Shown here: piece after piece, positions 28,763-38,026 of the stretch | Numbering within the stretch: the first letter of the stretch is position 1 | How the letters are laid out: each line of letters starts with the position of its first letter | Sequence record: NC_019407.1 | DNA: 64,000 nt | Direction: 5' to 3' (one strand) | Position numbers and translations under genes: made by a program | The notes under the pieces: generated by a model | The model's database searches: none | Seen by the model: only the letters and a program-made list of their open reading frames with translations | Told to the model about the DNA's origin: nothing

Positions 28763-29899
28763 CTACTCCTCGTCCGCCTTCTGAGCACCCTTTTCAGAGA
28801 TGTTCAGGCGACCGTGGCCTTCGCCTTCCCTCATGTAGTCTTCGATGTTGAGACCATTTTCCGCCAGCGCTTCGCGAACGGCGCTGGTGTCGAGGGTCTT
28901 GCGACCCTTGATCCACGAGATGGAGGCCTTGATCTTTCCGTCTGCCGACTTCGCGACCCGGACTCCGGTGTTGTGGAACCACTGCTTCAGAGCCTCCGAA
29001 GCAGCCTTGTGTCCCACTTCGGCCGCCTTTTTCGCAGCCGAGGCGCACCGCTCCTCGGCCACAAGGCGTTCGAACTCTTCCAGGATCGGCGCGGGCGTCG
29101 TCTTCGAGTTGGCCTCGCCGGTCGTGGGGGTGGACTTCTTGGTCGTCTGGGCGCAGGCGACCTTGAACGGGCAGTAGGTGCAGGAGCTATCGATCTTGCC
29201 CTCGGCCATGACCTCCGACGGGTCCTTGATGGCGAAGACGTCGCGCGCGCGCTGCATGGCGACGTCGAACACCTTCTGATCGAAGGGGACGACGAACACC
29301 TCGATGTCGTCGAAGAACGAAGCGTCGATGTAGATGATGACCGCGTAGTTGGGCCGCCAGGACGAAAGCTGGCGCGTCAATCCCATCTGGACGATCGTCT
29401 GGCCCCTATGGATGCTCTTCTCCTCCTTCAGGTTCACCCGAGGATCGATCGACTTGATCTCCAGGTTGAAGCAGTTGGAGGGATGCTCGACGTCCTTGCG
29501 CGAGCCGCCCAGGGAGGCGATGCCGTACTCGGCCAGGGCGTCGTCGTCGGCGTAGATCACCAGACCGTCGGGCGTGGCCGACAGGGGCGCTTCGGGCGAG
29601 ATGAGGGTCCGCTGATTGGCGCCGCCCCAGATCAACTGGGCGTCGCGGGTCAGGTTCTCGGTGATCCACTTCACGCCGGGCTCGACGAAGTGGTTTTCGA
29701 TCAGGTCGCCGCGTTGCAGCGCGCCCCAGGACTGCTCGTAGTCCGGGTCCTTCGGGGCGCCGTTCTTGGCGAACCACACCTTGCGCAGGCACCCGAACGC
29801 CTCCGAGGCGCCGACCGACTTGCTGCGGTCGTGCTTCCACACCTTCTGGTGGGCCTCGACGTATTCGTTAAACCCGGATTTGAAGTTGATCGCAGCCAT
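28763..29899 (-). CDS. Cas4-like PD-(D/E)XK exonuclease
   Basis: GASE...C.RKVW, ATPDG, LEIKS and Q...QM motifs; CTYCPFKVAC completes a four-Cys Fe-S pattern. Confidence 0.82.
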   Translation of the reverse strand: MAAINFKSGFNEYVEAHQKVWKHDRSKSVGASEAFGCLRKVWFAKNGAPKDPDYEQSWGALQRGDLIENHFVEPGVKWITENLTRDAQLIWGGANQRTLISPEAPLSATPDGLVIYADDDALAEYGIASLGGSRKDVEHPSNCFNLEIKSIDPRVNLKEEKSIHRGQTIVQMGLTRQLSSWRPNYAVIIYIDASFFDDIEVFVVPFDQKVFDVAMQRARDVFAIKDPSEVMAEGKIDSSCTYCPFKVACAQTTKKSTPTTGEANSKTTPAPILEEFERLVAEERCASAAKKAAEVGHKAASEALKQWFHNTGVRVAKSADGKIKASISWIKGRKTLDTSAVREALAENGLNIEDYMREGEGHGRLNISEKGAQKADEE

Positions 29900-29970
29900 C
29901 GCGCACCGTCACATTTCTCTGGTATCGTGACTTGGGTTCATCCAGGGTCACGAGCCTGGGGCGCGGCGCG

Positions 29971-30054
29971 CTAGGGGCGATCGAGCTTGCTACGCAGCCA
30001 GATCAGGAAGGCGGCCCCGATGCAGCCGGCGGCGATCCAAAAGAGGTCGGTCAC
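29971..30054 (-). CDS. Small membrane peptide (27 aa)
   Basis: GTG start overlaps the upstream stop (GTGA); MTDLFWIAAGCIGAAFLIWLRSKLDRP. Confidence 0.5.
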   Translation of the reverse strand: MTDLFWIAAGCIGAAFLIWLRSKLDRP

Positions 30055-30680
30055 GCGGCCTTCTCCCGCATCTTGGCCGCGACCATGTCTTCCATGGCGT
30101 AGTAGCAGCGCTGGGTGGCGAGGACGTCGGCGATGGCGGTGTGGGCGTCCTCGAACCCCTCGCCGATGAGGTGCTTGTGGAGGTCGATCAGCTTGGGCTT
30201 GCGATAGCCGCCCTGGCGAGCCGGCAGCTTCATCAGCGGCATGCCGGCCAGGATGGTGTCGAACATCGCCTTGCCCGCGAACGGATCGGCGTCCGGGCGG
30301 CCCAGGACGCGCCGGACGACATTGGTCATGATCTTGTTGTCGAACGAGACATGGTTGTGGCCGACGACCAAGTCGGCGACCGCGACGAGGTCGCAGAAGG
30401 CCTCGATGACCAGCACCTCGGTGATCCCGATCTGCTCGGAAATCTCGGGGCTGATCCCGTGGATGGCGGCGGCCCCGCCCTTGCCGTCCTTGCCGACGGT
30501 CCAGTCTTGCAGCACGTTCGCCGGGACATCACCCAGGCGCAGGATCATGTCCAGGCGCTGCATCTCCTTGCGTTCCGGATTGGCCAGGACCGCGCCCAGT
30601 TGGACGACGCGAGGCTGTTCGTCCAGGGAGCGTTTGCTGTCCGGAAAGCCGGTGGTTTCGGTGTCGTAGAAAAGGATCAT
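30051..30680 (-). CDS. DEDDh 3'-5' exonuclease (DnaQ-like)
   Basis: FYDTETTG, GHNHVSFD and AHTAIADV motifs. Confidence 0.92.
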   Translation of the reverse strand: MILFYDTETTGFPDSKRSLDEQPRVVQLGAVLANPERKEMQRLDMILRLGDVPANVLQDWTVGKDGKGGAAAIHGISPEISEQIGITEVLVIEAFCDLVAVADLVVGHNHVSFDNKIMTNVVRRVLGRPDADPFAGKAMFDTILAGMPLMKLPARQGGYRKPKLIDLHKHLIGEGFEDAHTAIADVLATQRCYYAMEDMVAAKMREKAA

Positions 30681-30728
30681 CGGGCGATCTCGTTCGGGAG
30701 TGTCTTGTTAACCAAGTTCCGGATGGGT

Positions 30729-30743
30729 GTCAAGATTCACGAC
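30729..30743 (-). promoter_or_regulatory. GTCGTGAATCTTGAC element
   Basis: Exact intergenic motif copy. Confidence 0.75.
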
Positions 30744-30751
30744 ATAGAAAG

Positions 30752-31426
30752 TCACGAAGCACGACTCACGCCCTGGGCTTTGATGATCTCGTAGATACGC
30801 TGGGCCGACAGGCTGTAGGCCTCGGCCAGTTGCGCCACCGGCTCGCCCTTGGCGTAGCAGTCGGCGATCTCGGCGTAGAACCGCTTCTTGGCCTCCTCCC
30901 GGCGCAGCTTGGCGTCGGGGGCGTGGCGGTCGATGAAGCGGTAGATCGCGATCCGGCTGACCCCGTAGTCCTTGGCGATCAAGGGCACGGGGGCGAAGGC
31001 GGCGTAGCTTTCGATGATGTCGGCGGCGTGGTCGGCGAGGGCCATGGGGTTCTCCAGGAGGGCGAGAGCGCGGTCGATCACCACCGCCGCGCGCTTCGAG
31101 GGCTGTTTGGTCAGGAAGCCGCAGCGGCGGCCGGCGGCGTAGGGCGGCTCCAGCCCTACGCAGAGGTACTGGTCGGCGGTCGGGTCCGCGCGGTAGCCGC
31201 CGGCGGCCTCAAGCCACCAGTGGGTCCCGCCGTCGGGGTCGCGCCCGACCATCGGCCGCCAGCCGCCGTCCCAACCGTCCAGCAGATGCCAGAGCGCCTC
31301 GGAGGCGACATAGCAGTGCCCGGCGGTCGGGTTGGAAGCCGTGTACGCGGAACGATAGGGCTCGTGCAGAAGCTCGGGTGTGAGGCTCTTCTGGACCGCG
31401 ATAAGGGTTTCGAGCGGCGCCTGCAT
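30752..31426 (-). CDS. Hypothetical protein with two C-terminal HTH-like repeats
   Basis: ATG overlaps the polA stop; IAKDYGVSRIAIYR and LAEAYSLSAQRIYEI. Confidence 0.75.
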   Translation of the reverse strand: MQAPLETLIAVQKSLTPELLHEPYRSAYTASNPTAGHCYVASEALWHLLDGWDGGWRPMVGRDPDGGTHWWLEAAGGYRADPTADQYLCVGLEPPYAAGRRCGFLTKQPSKRAAVVIDRALALLENPMALADHAADIIESYAAFAPVPLIAKDYGVSRIAIYRFIDRHAPDAKLRREEAKKRFYAEIADCYAKGEPVAQLAEAYSLSAQRIYEIIKAQGVSRAS

Positions 31427-33672
31427 CAGTGCGTCTCCGCCCAGGTGCGGCCCCACTTGACGTCGACATCGACCGGCAGGCGGAAATCGAACCGCTCGCC
31501 GGCTTCCTTCGCCGCGTCGACGATGTTGCGGCGGCAGATTTCCTTGATCGCCGGATCGTCGCGCACCGCCACCTGCATTTCGTCGTGGACCCAGGCCAGG
31601 ACGGCGTAGTCGCCGTGCCAGCCATGGACGAGCCCGTCGTCTTCGTTGAAGGTCTCGAAGTTGACGCACCAGCCCTTGGCGATCGTGGCGCCGGCGCCCT
31701 GGAGCTTGGTGTTGAGGGCCGAGTGCTTGGCCCGCACGAAGAGGTGGCGGCCGTCGAGGGCGTCGACATAGCCGCGCTTGGCCTCGCGCTGCACGGACTT
31801 GACCACCTGTTGCAGCGCCGGGATGCGCGTCATGATCCGCCGCCGCATTTCCGCGCCCAGGGCCTTGGCCTTGGCGACGTTCATGGTCAGGGACGGGTCG
31901 ACGGTGCAGCCCAGCTTGTAGTCCTGGGCGCCGTAGATCATGGCGTAGATGAAGGTCTTGGCGGTGTCGCGCGACTCCATCTCCATGGCCGCTTGGTGGA
32001 CGCCGTGGACATCGCCATCGAGCACGATCTTGCCGTACTGCCCGTTGTCGAACTCCGCCATGAAGTGGGCCAGACAGCGCAGTTCGATACCGGCTTGGTC
32101 GGCGCCCATCAGGGTCCAGCCCTCGGGGACGTAGAAGAGGTCGCGGCAGTCCCAGCCGTGATCGCCCTCGCGGCCCTTCATCAGGACCTTCTTGGTGACC
32201 ACCTCGCCCTTTTCGTTCAGGGTGAACTCGCCCTCGGGCGTCAGCACCGGGCGGCCCCGGATTTGCTTGCCGTCCGGCCCGAGCAGCGGGATCGTCTTGG
32301 CCTCGTCCTTCCACTGCGGCGGCGACTTGAAGACGACGCGGGGGACCTGGGCGATGTTGGGGTTGGAGTGCGAGGCCCGGTTGGTCACCGTGCCCCCGAC
32401 GTTGACGCGGCCGTGAATCTTGCCGTCGCCGTTCCACTCCTCGCACTTGACCAGCCAGCCGTTCTTGCCGTCGACCAACTGCCCCAGGCGCTTCTTGTAG
32501 TAGAAGATTTCCGCCAGGGTCTCGCAGATCGGGATCACCAGCTTCTTGGTGTTCTCGTCCTCGGCCTTGGCCAGATCGCGCAGCACCTCGTCGTCCACCA
32601 CCGGCGAGCCGGTTTCGGTGAACTCCTGGGGTTGCCAGCCATAGACCTTGGTCAGGCGGTCGATGATCTGCGGACGCGAGTTGGGGTTGAACGGCGTCAG
32701 CTTGACCGGGCAGAAGGCCGCGCCGGCGGTGCGGTCGCCCTTCATCGGGTCCTTGTACTTGACATCGCGCGTCGGGACCGTCACCTCGGCCCAGTGCTCG
32801 CGGCTGTCGTCCTCGCCGAACTCGGGGCGCGGCTTGTAGGCGACCTGCTCCTTCTCGGGCTTGCCGGTCTCGGGCGAGGTGTAGGTGGTCGACTTGTGGC
32901 GCTTGAGCCACTTGCCCGGCACCCACCAGGAGCCAAAGTGCGCGATAGCCTCGTCCGACATCCTGGTGTGGGCGGTGCGCAGTTCCTCTTCCAGGCGGCG
33001 CGCGCGCTCGCGGTGGAACGGGAAGCCGTTGCGCTGCACCCGCTCCATCATGTCGTGGATCATGTGTTCGAGCGTGATCGCGGTCTTCGACCACGGCCGG
33101 CTCTCGATCTTGCGCCACAGGGCCTCGGTGACCTCGACGTCTTGAATCGCGTAGTCTTCCATGTCCTGGTTCCAGGACCCCCAGACGTAGCGACTGATCT
33201 CGGCCTTGTCGGTGATGCCCTTGGCCTTGGCCTCTTCCTCGGCCACGTCGGCGTAATCGCCCTTGGGGAAGCCCAGGCGCTGGCCCCAGGCGCCCAGTTC
33301 ATGCGAGCCGATATAGCCGCCCCACAGGTCGCCGCGCTTCCACATCCGGAAGTCGTCGTCCTTGAGGTCGGCGAACAGCATGCGCGTCATCACCAGGGTG
33401 TCGCGGATGATCCCCTGGGGATTGAACTTATCGCCGTAGACCTTCCACAGGGCTTCGCAGTCGAAGCCGATGATGTTGTGGCCGATCAGCATGTCGGCGT
33501 CGTTCAGCATCGCGACGCCTTCGAGGATGTTGTCCTCGCGCTTGTTGCGGTGGAAGACCCAGCGCTGACGGGTGTCGGCGTCCTTGATCACCAGGATGTG
33601 GATGCGCGTCAGTTGCAGCAGCAGCCCATCGGTTTCCAAGTCGAACAGGAGCCGGCGCTTACGGAGCTTCAT
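31426..33672 (-). CDS. polA: T7-like family A DNA polymerase with 3'-5' exonuclease
   Basis: FDLETDG, GHNIIGFD, TNRASHSNPN, GADQAGIELR, KTFIYAMIYG and WVHDE motifs. Confidence 0.96.
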   Translation of the reverse strand: MKLRKRRLLFDLETDGLLLQLTRIHILVIKDADTRQRWVFHRNKREDNILEGVAMLNDADMLIGHNIIGFDCEALWKVYGDKFNPQGIIRDTLVMTRMLFADLKDDDFRMWKRGDLWGGYIGSHELGAWGQRLGFPKGDYADVAEEEAKAKGITDKAEISRYVWGSWNQDMEDYAIQDVEVTEALWRKIESRPWSKTAITLEHMIHDMMERVQRNGFPFHRERARRLEEELRTAHTRMSDEAIAHFGSWWVPGKWLKRHKSTTYTSPETGKPEKEQVAYKPRPEFGEDDSREHWAEVTVPTRDVKYKDPMKGDRTAGAAFCPVKLTPFNPNSRPQIIDRLTKVYGWQPQEFTETGSPVVDDEVLRDLAKAEDENTKKLVIPICETLAEIFYYKKRLGQLVDGKNGWLVKCEEWNGDGKIHGRVNVGGTVTNRASHSNPNIAQVPRVVFKSPPQWKDEAKTIPLLGPDGKQIRGRPVLTPEGEFTLNEKGEVVTKKVLMKGREGDHGWDCRDLFYVPEGWTLMGADQAGIELRCLAHFMAEFDNGQYGKIVLDGDVHGVHQAAMEMESRDTAKTFIYAMIYGAQDYKLGCTVDPSLTMNVAKAKALGAEMRRRIMTRIPALQQVVKSVQREAKRGYVDALDGRHLFVRAKHSALNTKLQGAGATIAKGWCVNFETFNEDDGLVHGWHGDYAVLAWVHDEMQVAVRDDPAIKEICRRNIVDAAKEAGERFDFRLPVDVDVKWGRTWAETH

Positions 33673-34717
33673 GGAGCACCTTGAGGATTTGATCGCCGAT
33701 CCAGTCCACCATCGGGACGATCAGGCTGTTGCCGACGATGGTCCGGCGCTCGGTGTCCGAGAGCCCTTCGATCGCGGTGTGGCCGACGGGCATGCCCATC
33801 AGGCGCTCGTACTCGGACACGGTGTGATTGCGGATGCGCCAGTCCTCGCCTTCCTTGACGAGCAGCATGGCGACGCTGGAGCCGCCGCCGGCCGTGCGCA
33901 GGCAGTTGGCGATTACGCCGCGCTCTTCGATTTGCTGGTCGGGGCGTCCGCGAACAGCGAGGGATCGAGCCCGTGGGACAGGGCGGCCGTCAATTCCGGC
34001 GACAAGGTCCGACCGGCTCGGATCGCGTTGTTCAGGAGGGTCAAACGCCGGGACGGGCTCATGTACAATCCGGCGGGGATCGATTCCGGAGCGTCGAGTA
34101 CACGCGACAAGCACAAGCCGGGGGCGGGACTGGGGGATTCCGAACTGGGGACCGTCGAAGACCGTCCAGGCGATCGCGCGGCGCGGTCCCAGCACATAAC
34201 CACAGTCCGGCCACCGATTCCCTGCCGCGTCGTCGTCACCTTCGGGCTTTCCGTAGGGGTAGAGGGGTTCTCGCTCGCCGGCGAGGCGTCCGAGGAATTG
34301 TCCAAAGGCGTTGTCCTTGTTGGAGAGGAGCTTGACCACGTTCTCGAAGCAGAAGATCGGAGGATCGACCTCGTCGATCACCCGCAGGCCCGAAAGGGTC
34401 AGTTGTCCGCGCGGGTCGGCCAGACCCAGGCCCTTGCCGGCCTCGCTCCACGGCTGGCAGGGGAACGACGCCCACAGGACGTCGACCTTGCCCTCGTGAG
34501 GCGTGCCGTCGATCTGTTCGAGGTTCCCGAGGTTCGGGACGGCCTTCCAGTGCGTCTCCAGGAGACGGATCGGGGCCGAGGCGATCTCGCTGAAGAAGCG
34601 GGCCTTGCCGCCCTTCTTCTCCCACGCCACCGAGGGGACGTCGGCGCCGGAGCAAAGGGTCGCAAAGACCCACGGCGTGACGCCGGAGGCGTCCGCAGGG
34701 GAGGGGTTCGGGGACAT
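33659..34717 (-). CDS. C5-cytosine DNA methyltransferase
   Basis: Variant motif I (LCSGAD), FPCQPWS, FENV, PQSRPR and GNS motifs. Confidence 0.88.
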   Translation of the reverse strand: MSPNPSPADASGVTPWVFATLCSGADVPSVAWEKKGGKARFFSEIASAPIRLLETHWKAVPNLGNLEQIDGTPHEGKVDVLWASFPCQPWSEAGKGLGLADPRGQLTLSGLRVIDEVDPPIFCFENVVKLLSNKDNAFGQFLGRLAGEREPLYPYGKPEGDDDAAGNRWPDCGYVLGPRRAIAWTVFDGPQFGIPQSRPRLVLVACTRRSGIDPRRIVHEPVPAFDPPEQRDPSRSDLVAGIDGRPVPRARSLAVRGRPDQQIEERGVIANCLRTAGGGSSVAMLLVKEGEDWRIRNHTVSEYERLMGMPVGHTAIEGLSDTERRTIVGNSLIVPMVDWIGDQILKVLHEAP

Positions 34718-34772
34718 GGCTCTATGGTTAACGGATGTCGTGAATCACGTCAAGAAATGTCGTCAACGACGA

Positions 34773-35561
34773 CTACTCTTGAGGGGCGGCGGGCCGTTGC
34801 AGGCGCGCGTGCATGGCCTCGATCTCCTCGTCCGACAGGGGCCGGCGGCCCGTGGTCTTGACCTCGCCACGCCAGATGACGTCGGCGAGCTTGAGGAACG
34901 CCTTGGCGAGCTTCTGCTTGTCGGTGTGCCCGATCGCGCGCTGAAGGCCCTCGGGCCAGCGCGGCGGCAGGGCGTAGAAATACATCAGCCCCGGCCGGGT
35001 CCAGACGTCGACGGCGAAGTCGCCCGCCTGCCTCTTTCCCACCGCGAACGACTGGTCGCCCAGCATCGCGATGTTGTTCTCGTCGTAGTAGCCGATCCCC
35101 AGCCTGATCTTGTCGATCTCGCTGTCATAGGCCAGCCACAGGCAGCGCCCGTCGCCCAGGGGGACGTTCTCGATCTCCCAGTCCTGGGGATGGCCCCAGA
35201 CCGCGTCGTGGGCTTCGCGGATGGCGTCGGCCAGCATGCCGGTGATCGTCTTGGGCGAGACCGAATCCCCGACCACCAGGAACGAGCCGGGCTCGATCTC
35301 CAGGGTCTTGTCGACCCCGAAGTGCTCGGCCAGCCGCCCGGCCTTGAACGAGAAGCCCTCGCGCTCGATGCGGTCGGCGATCTCGTAGGCGAATCCCGGC
35401 TTGAGGTTGAGCGTCATCACGTGCGAGACGTTCAGCCCCGAGGCCGATTCATGCCCGAGCCCGATCTGGATCGAATGGGTCTCGGACGTCACCAGGGCGT
35501 AGAGGAAGCCCCCGGAGGGCCGGGTCGGATAGGCGACCCGGCGGGAGAAGAGGAGGGTCAT
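34773..35561 (-). CDS. Hypothetical protein
   Basis: 262-aa ORF with high GC3, abutting the upstream gene. Confidence 0.75.
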   Translation of the reverse strand: MTLLFSRRVAYPTRPSGGFLYALVTSETHSIQIGLGHESASGLNVSHVMTLNLKPGFAYEIADRIEREGFSFKAGRLAEHFGVDKTLEIEPGSFLVVGDSVSPKTITGMLADAIREAHDAVWGHPQDWEIENVPLGDGRCLWLAYDSEIDKIRLGIGYYDENNIAMLGDQSFAVGKRQAGDFAVDVWTRPGLMYFYALPPRWPEGLQRAIGHTDKQKLAKAFLKLADVIWRGEVKTTGRRPLSDEEIEAMHARLQRPAAPQE

Positions 35562-35571
35562 GGGACCTCGC

Positions 35572-37275
35572 TTACAGGCGCCAGTGGCGGCCGTTGAAGG
35601 TGATCAGCGCCCGCTTGCCGTTCGGGTACTGCACGCAGTGGGTGTGCGCCCAGGACGAGGGGCCGGTGTTGTAGCCCATGTCCAGCTTCGAGGTTGTGCC
35701 CGTGTTGTAGGCGCTCTCGAAAATGCCGGGCGAGTGGGTGTGGCCGAACGTCACCTTCGGGCCGATCTTGGCGAACTGCTGGATGTTGCCGCGCGAGCCG
35801 TTGGCGCCGTTGTGGCCGTGGTTGGAGTGCTCGACCCCGCCGACGACGCAGGTCTCGTCCTCGCGCAGGAACTTCACGCCGTTGCAGTTCCAGACGTCGA
35901 AGGCGTTGGTCATCACCTCCTCGAAGATCGAGAAGTTCTTCTCGCCGGTCCGGATCGAGGCGTAGACCGCCCGCTGACAGGTGAGGAAGAACTCGGCATT
36001 GACCGGGTCGGCGCGGTAGTCGGCCGTCTTCAGCCACTTGTTGAGCGCCAGATCGTGGTTGCTCTCAACCACCGTGACCTTCGAGTCCGGGGCCTGCCGG
36101 CCCAGGATGGTCAGGAACATCGCCACCTCGCGCAGTTCCTGCTCGACGCTTTCGGAGCCCTTGACATAGAGCCGGAAGCGATCGTGCGGATCGGCGATGT
36201 TGTGGTGGTTGCGCGCCCGGAAGTCGGAGACGTCGTGGACGAAGATGTGCTCGGGCCGCAGGACGTCGATCATCGACGGCGTCGCCACGCTGCCCCACAC
36301 CCGGCTCCCGTCGGCCGAGCGCTGCTCGGTCGGGAAGAAGCCGAAAGTGGCGGCCGAGACCTCGGGATCGATCTGCGCCACGTGGACGTCGCCGGGCGTC
36401 AGGCAGGCCACGCGATGGCCCTCGGTGACCACGCCGTCCTTGACGAAGACGTCCAGGTCGTAGAACGAGCCGTCGGTATCGCCCAGCAGGTGGCGACAGA
36501 AGAACTTGCCGTCCTCGTCGACCTCGACCAGCACCGCGCCCAACTGGTGGTGGAAGCTGGCCTTGATCCCCGCCTTCTTGGGGACGTAGTTCGGCTTGGT
36601 GACCGCGCCCGTCGTCATGATCTGCTTGGACGGGGTGTGCTTCATCGTCGGAACGCTGACGAGTTGCACCTTGGCGTGGGGGAAGATGCCCCAGCGCTCG
36701 CGGGTGTAGGAGTGGAAGCCCGACAGCGGGTTCTCGGCCGTGGGGAGGGTGTTCATCTCGCCGCAGAAGTCGATCCGGTCGGCGATCCGCACGCGCTCGG
36801 CGACGAGGTATTCCATCACCCGCTTGTGGAAGAACGCCGCGTGCTTGGCGTGGTCCTCGAACAGGCGCTTGGAGTAGGTGAAGCCGGCGATCATGATCTC
36901 GCACGGCGCGTCCCGGCGCAGGTGCTCGGCATAGGCCTCCAGATTGTCGACGAACTCCTCGTGGATGTGCGTCGAGTCCTGGGCCGAGGACAGGATGAAC
37001 CGCCGGCGCCCGGTGGTCTCATCCACCGTCACGGTCCGGGCGGCGGGCGCCGGCCGGTGCGACAGCGGGTCCTTGCGCATCGAGTAGAGGCGGTTCTGGA
37101 GCGTCGTGCGCTTGACGCTGTACTTGCGCGAGAACGCCCGCTGGCCGCCGGCCTTCTTGACCATCGCGTTCAGTTCTTCCGGCGACACCGAATAGATGTC
37201 GAACGGACCCTCGGCCGGCAAGGCGGTCTTGGGCTTCTTGCCCGCCTTGGAAGCGTGTTCGAACTCAGCCGGCAT
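35572..37275 (-). CDS. Calcineurin-like metallophosphoesterase with N-terminal HTH-like region
   Basis: GDVH, HDVSD, SNHD, HGH and GHTH metal-binding motifs in order. Confidence 0.75.
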   Translation of the reverse strand: MPAEFEHASKAGKKPKTALPAEGPFDIYSVSPEELNAMVKKAGGQRAFSRKYSVKRTTLQNRLYSMRKDPLSHRPAPAARTVTVDETTGRRRFILSSAQDSTHIHEEFVDNLEAYAEHLRRDAPCEIMIAGFTYSKRLFEDHAKHAAFFHKRVMEYLVAERVRIADRIDFCGEMNTLPTAENPLSGFHSYTRERWGIFPHAKVQLVSVPTMKHTPSKQIMTTGAVTKPNYVPKKAGIKASFHHQLGAVLVEVDEDGKFFCRHLLGDTDGSFYDLDVFVKDGVVTEGHRVACLTPGDVHVAQIDPEVSAATFGFFPTEQRSADGSRVWGSVATPSMIDVLRPEHIFVHDVSDFRARNHHNIADPHDRFRLYVKGSESVEQELREVAMFLTILGRQAPDSKVTVVESNHDLALNKWLKTADYRADPVNAEFFLTCQRAVYASIRTGEKNFSIFEEVMTNAFDVWNCNGVKFLREDETCVVGGVEHSNHGHNGANGSRGNIQQFAKIGPKVTFGHTHSPGIFESAYNTGTTSKLDMGYNTGPSSWAHTHCVQYPNGKRALITFNGRHWRL

Positions 37276-37966
37276 AGAGAAGCTCCGGTTTGGCGCTGAC
37301 CGGCTTGGACCAATCCCAGACGTACCAAGCATAGGCGAAGCGCGGGGCGCCCTTGGTGCCGGCGATCCAGCGGGGGCGGTGACGAAGGGTGACCTTCGCG
37401 GTGAAGGCGGGGTGATCGAACAGGTCCGCGCGCGAGCGCGCCGCGTCCCATTCGTGGCGGCAGAGGAAGGCCACGAGGCCCTGGTCGGCCTCCATCAGGT
37501 CCAGCGCGTGGCGCGCGGCGCGCTCGGCGTCCTTGCCGTAGGGCGGGTTGGTGATGATCGCGTCCGGGCGCGGCGGCAGCGGCGTGTTCTTGCGCTCCTC
37601 GCCTTTCTCGTCGACAACCGTCTCGGGGCGGGCCTTCAGCGCGCCCAGGCGGTCGAGGTCGGCCGGTGTCAGCTTGAAGAAGTCCTCGACCGCGTCGACC
37701 TCGAAGCCCTCGTAGCGGTGGATGTCCGTGGCGAGGACCTCCTGCACGAAGGGCTTGAGCGGCGTGGCGATGGCGCCGTTGCCGGCGAAGGGCTCCCAGG
37801 CGAAGAACGGGGCGAAGTCGTCGCCCAGGGCCTCGATCAGGGCGTCGAAGGCCGGCCGAGGAGTCGGGTAAAAGTCCAGCGGGGTCCTGGCATATCCGGA
37901 GGCGCCCAGCATGGAGGGGTCTTTGCGACCAGCATCGGAGAGAGACATGGTCGTGAGGGATGTCAT
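37265..37966 (-). CDS. Amino (N6-adenine/N4-cytosine) DNA methyltransferase-like protein
   Basis: DFYPTP, WEPFAGNG and ITNPPY motifs. Confidence 0.85.
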   Translation of the reverse strand: MTSLTTMSLSDAGRKDPSMLGASGYARTPLDFYPTPRPAFDALIEALGDDFAPFFAWEPFAGNGAIATPLKPFVQEVLATDIHRYEGFEVDAVEDFFKLTPADLDRLGALKARPETVVDEKGEERKNTPLPPRPDAIITNPPYGKDAERAARHALDLMEADQGLVAFLCRHEWDAARSRADLFDHPAFTAKVTLRHRPRWIAGTKGAPRFAYAWYVWDWSKPVSAKPELLYAG

Positions 37967-37980
37967 GGTTAACGAAGGGT

Positions 37981-37995
37981 GTCAAGATTCACGAC
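37981..37995 (-). promoter_or_regulatory. GTCGTGAATCTTGAC element
   Basis: Exact copy, back-to-back with the ncRNA promoter. Confidence 0.75.
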
Positions 37996-37996
37996 A

Positions 37997-38024
37997 TTGA
38001 CTGTCGTGAGCCACCACGCTAGAC
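37997..38024 (+). promoter_or_regulatory. Caulobacter sigma73-type promoter
   Basis: TTGACT-15 nt-GCTAGAC. Confidence 0.75.
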
Positions 38025-38026
38025 AG

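Noticed and set aside
28763-29899. Cas4 as part of a CRISPR-Cas locus
   Set aside because: No other cas genes or array; solo Cas4-like nucleases are common in phage replication modules.
31850-32400. Second intein or intron in the DNA polymerase (about 50-aa insertion after SNPNIAQVP)
   Set aside because: Short in-frame loop with no Cys/Ser start, no His-Asn end and no stop codons; an ordinary insertion.
33659-37966. Restriction-modification system
   Set aside because: No restriction endonuclease next to either methyltransferase; treated as orphan MTases.
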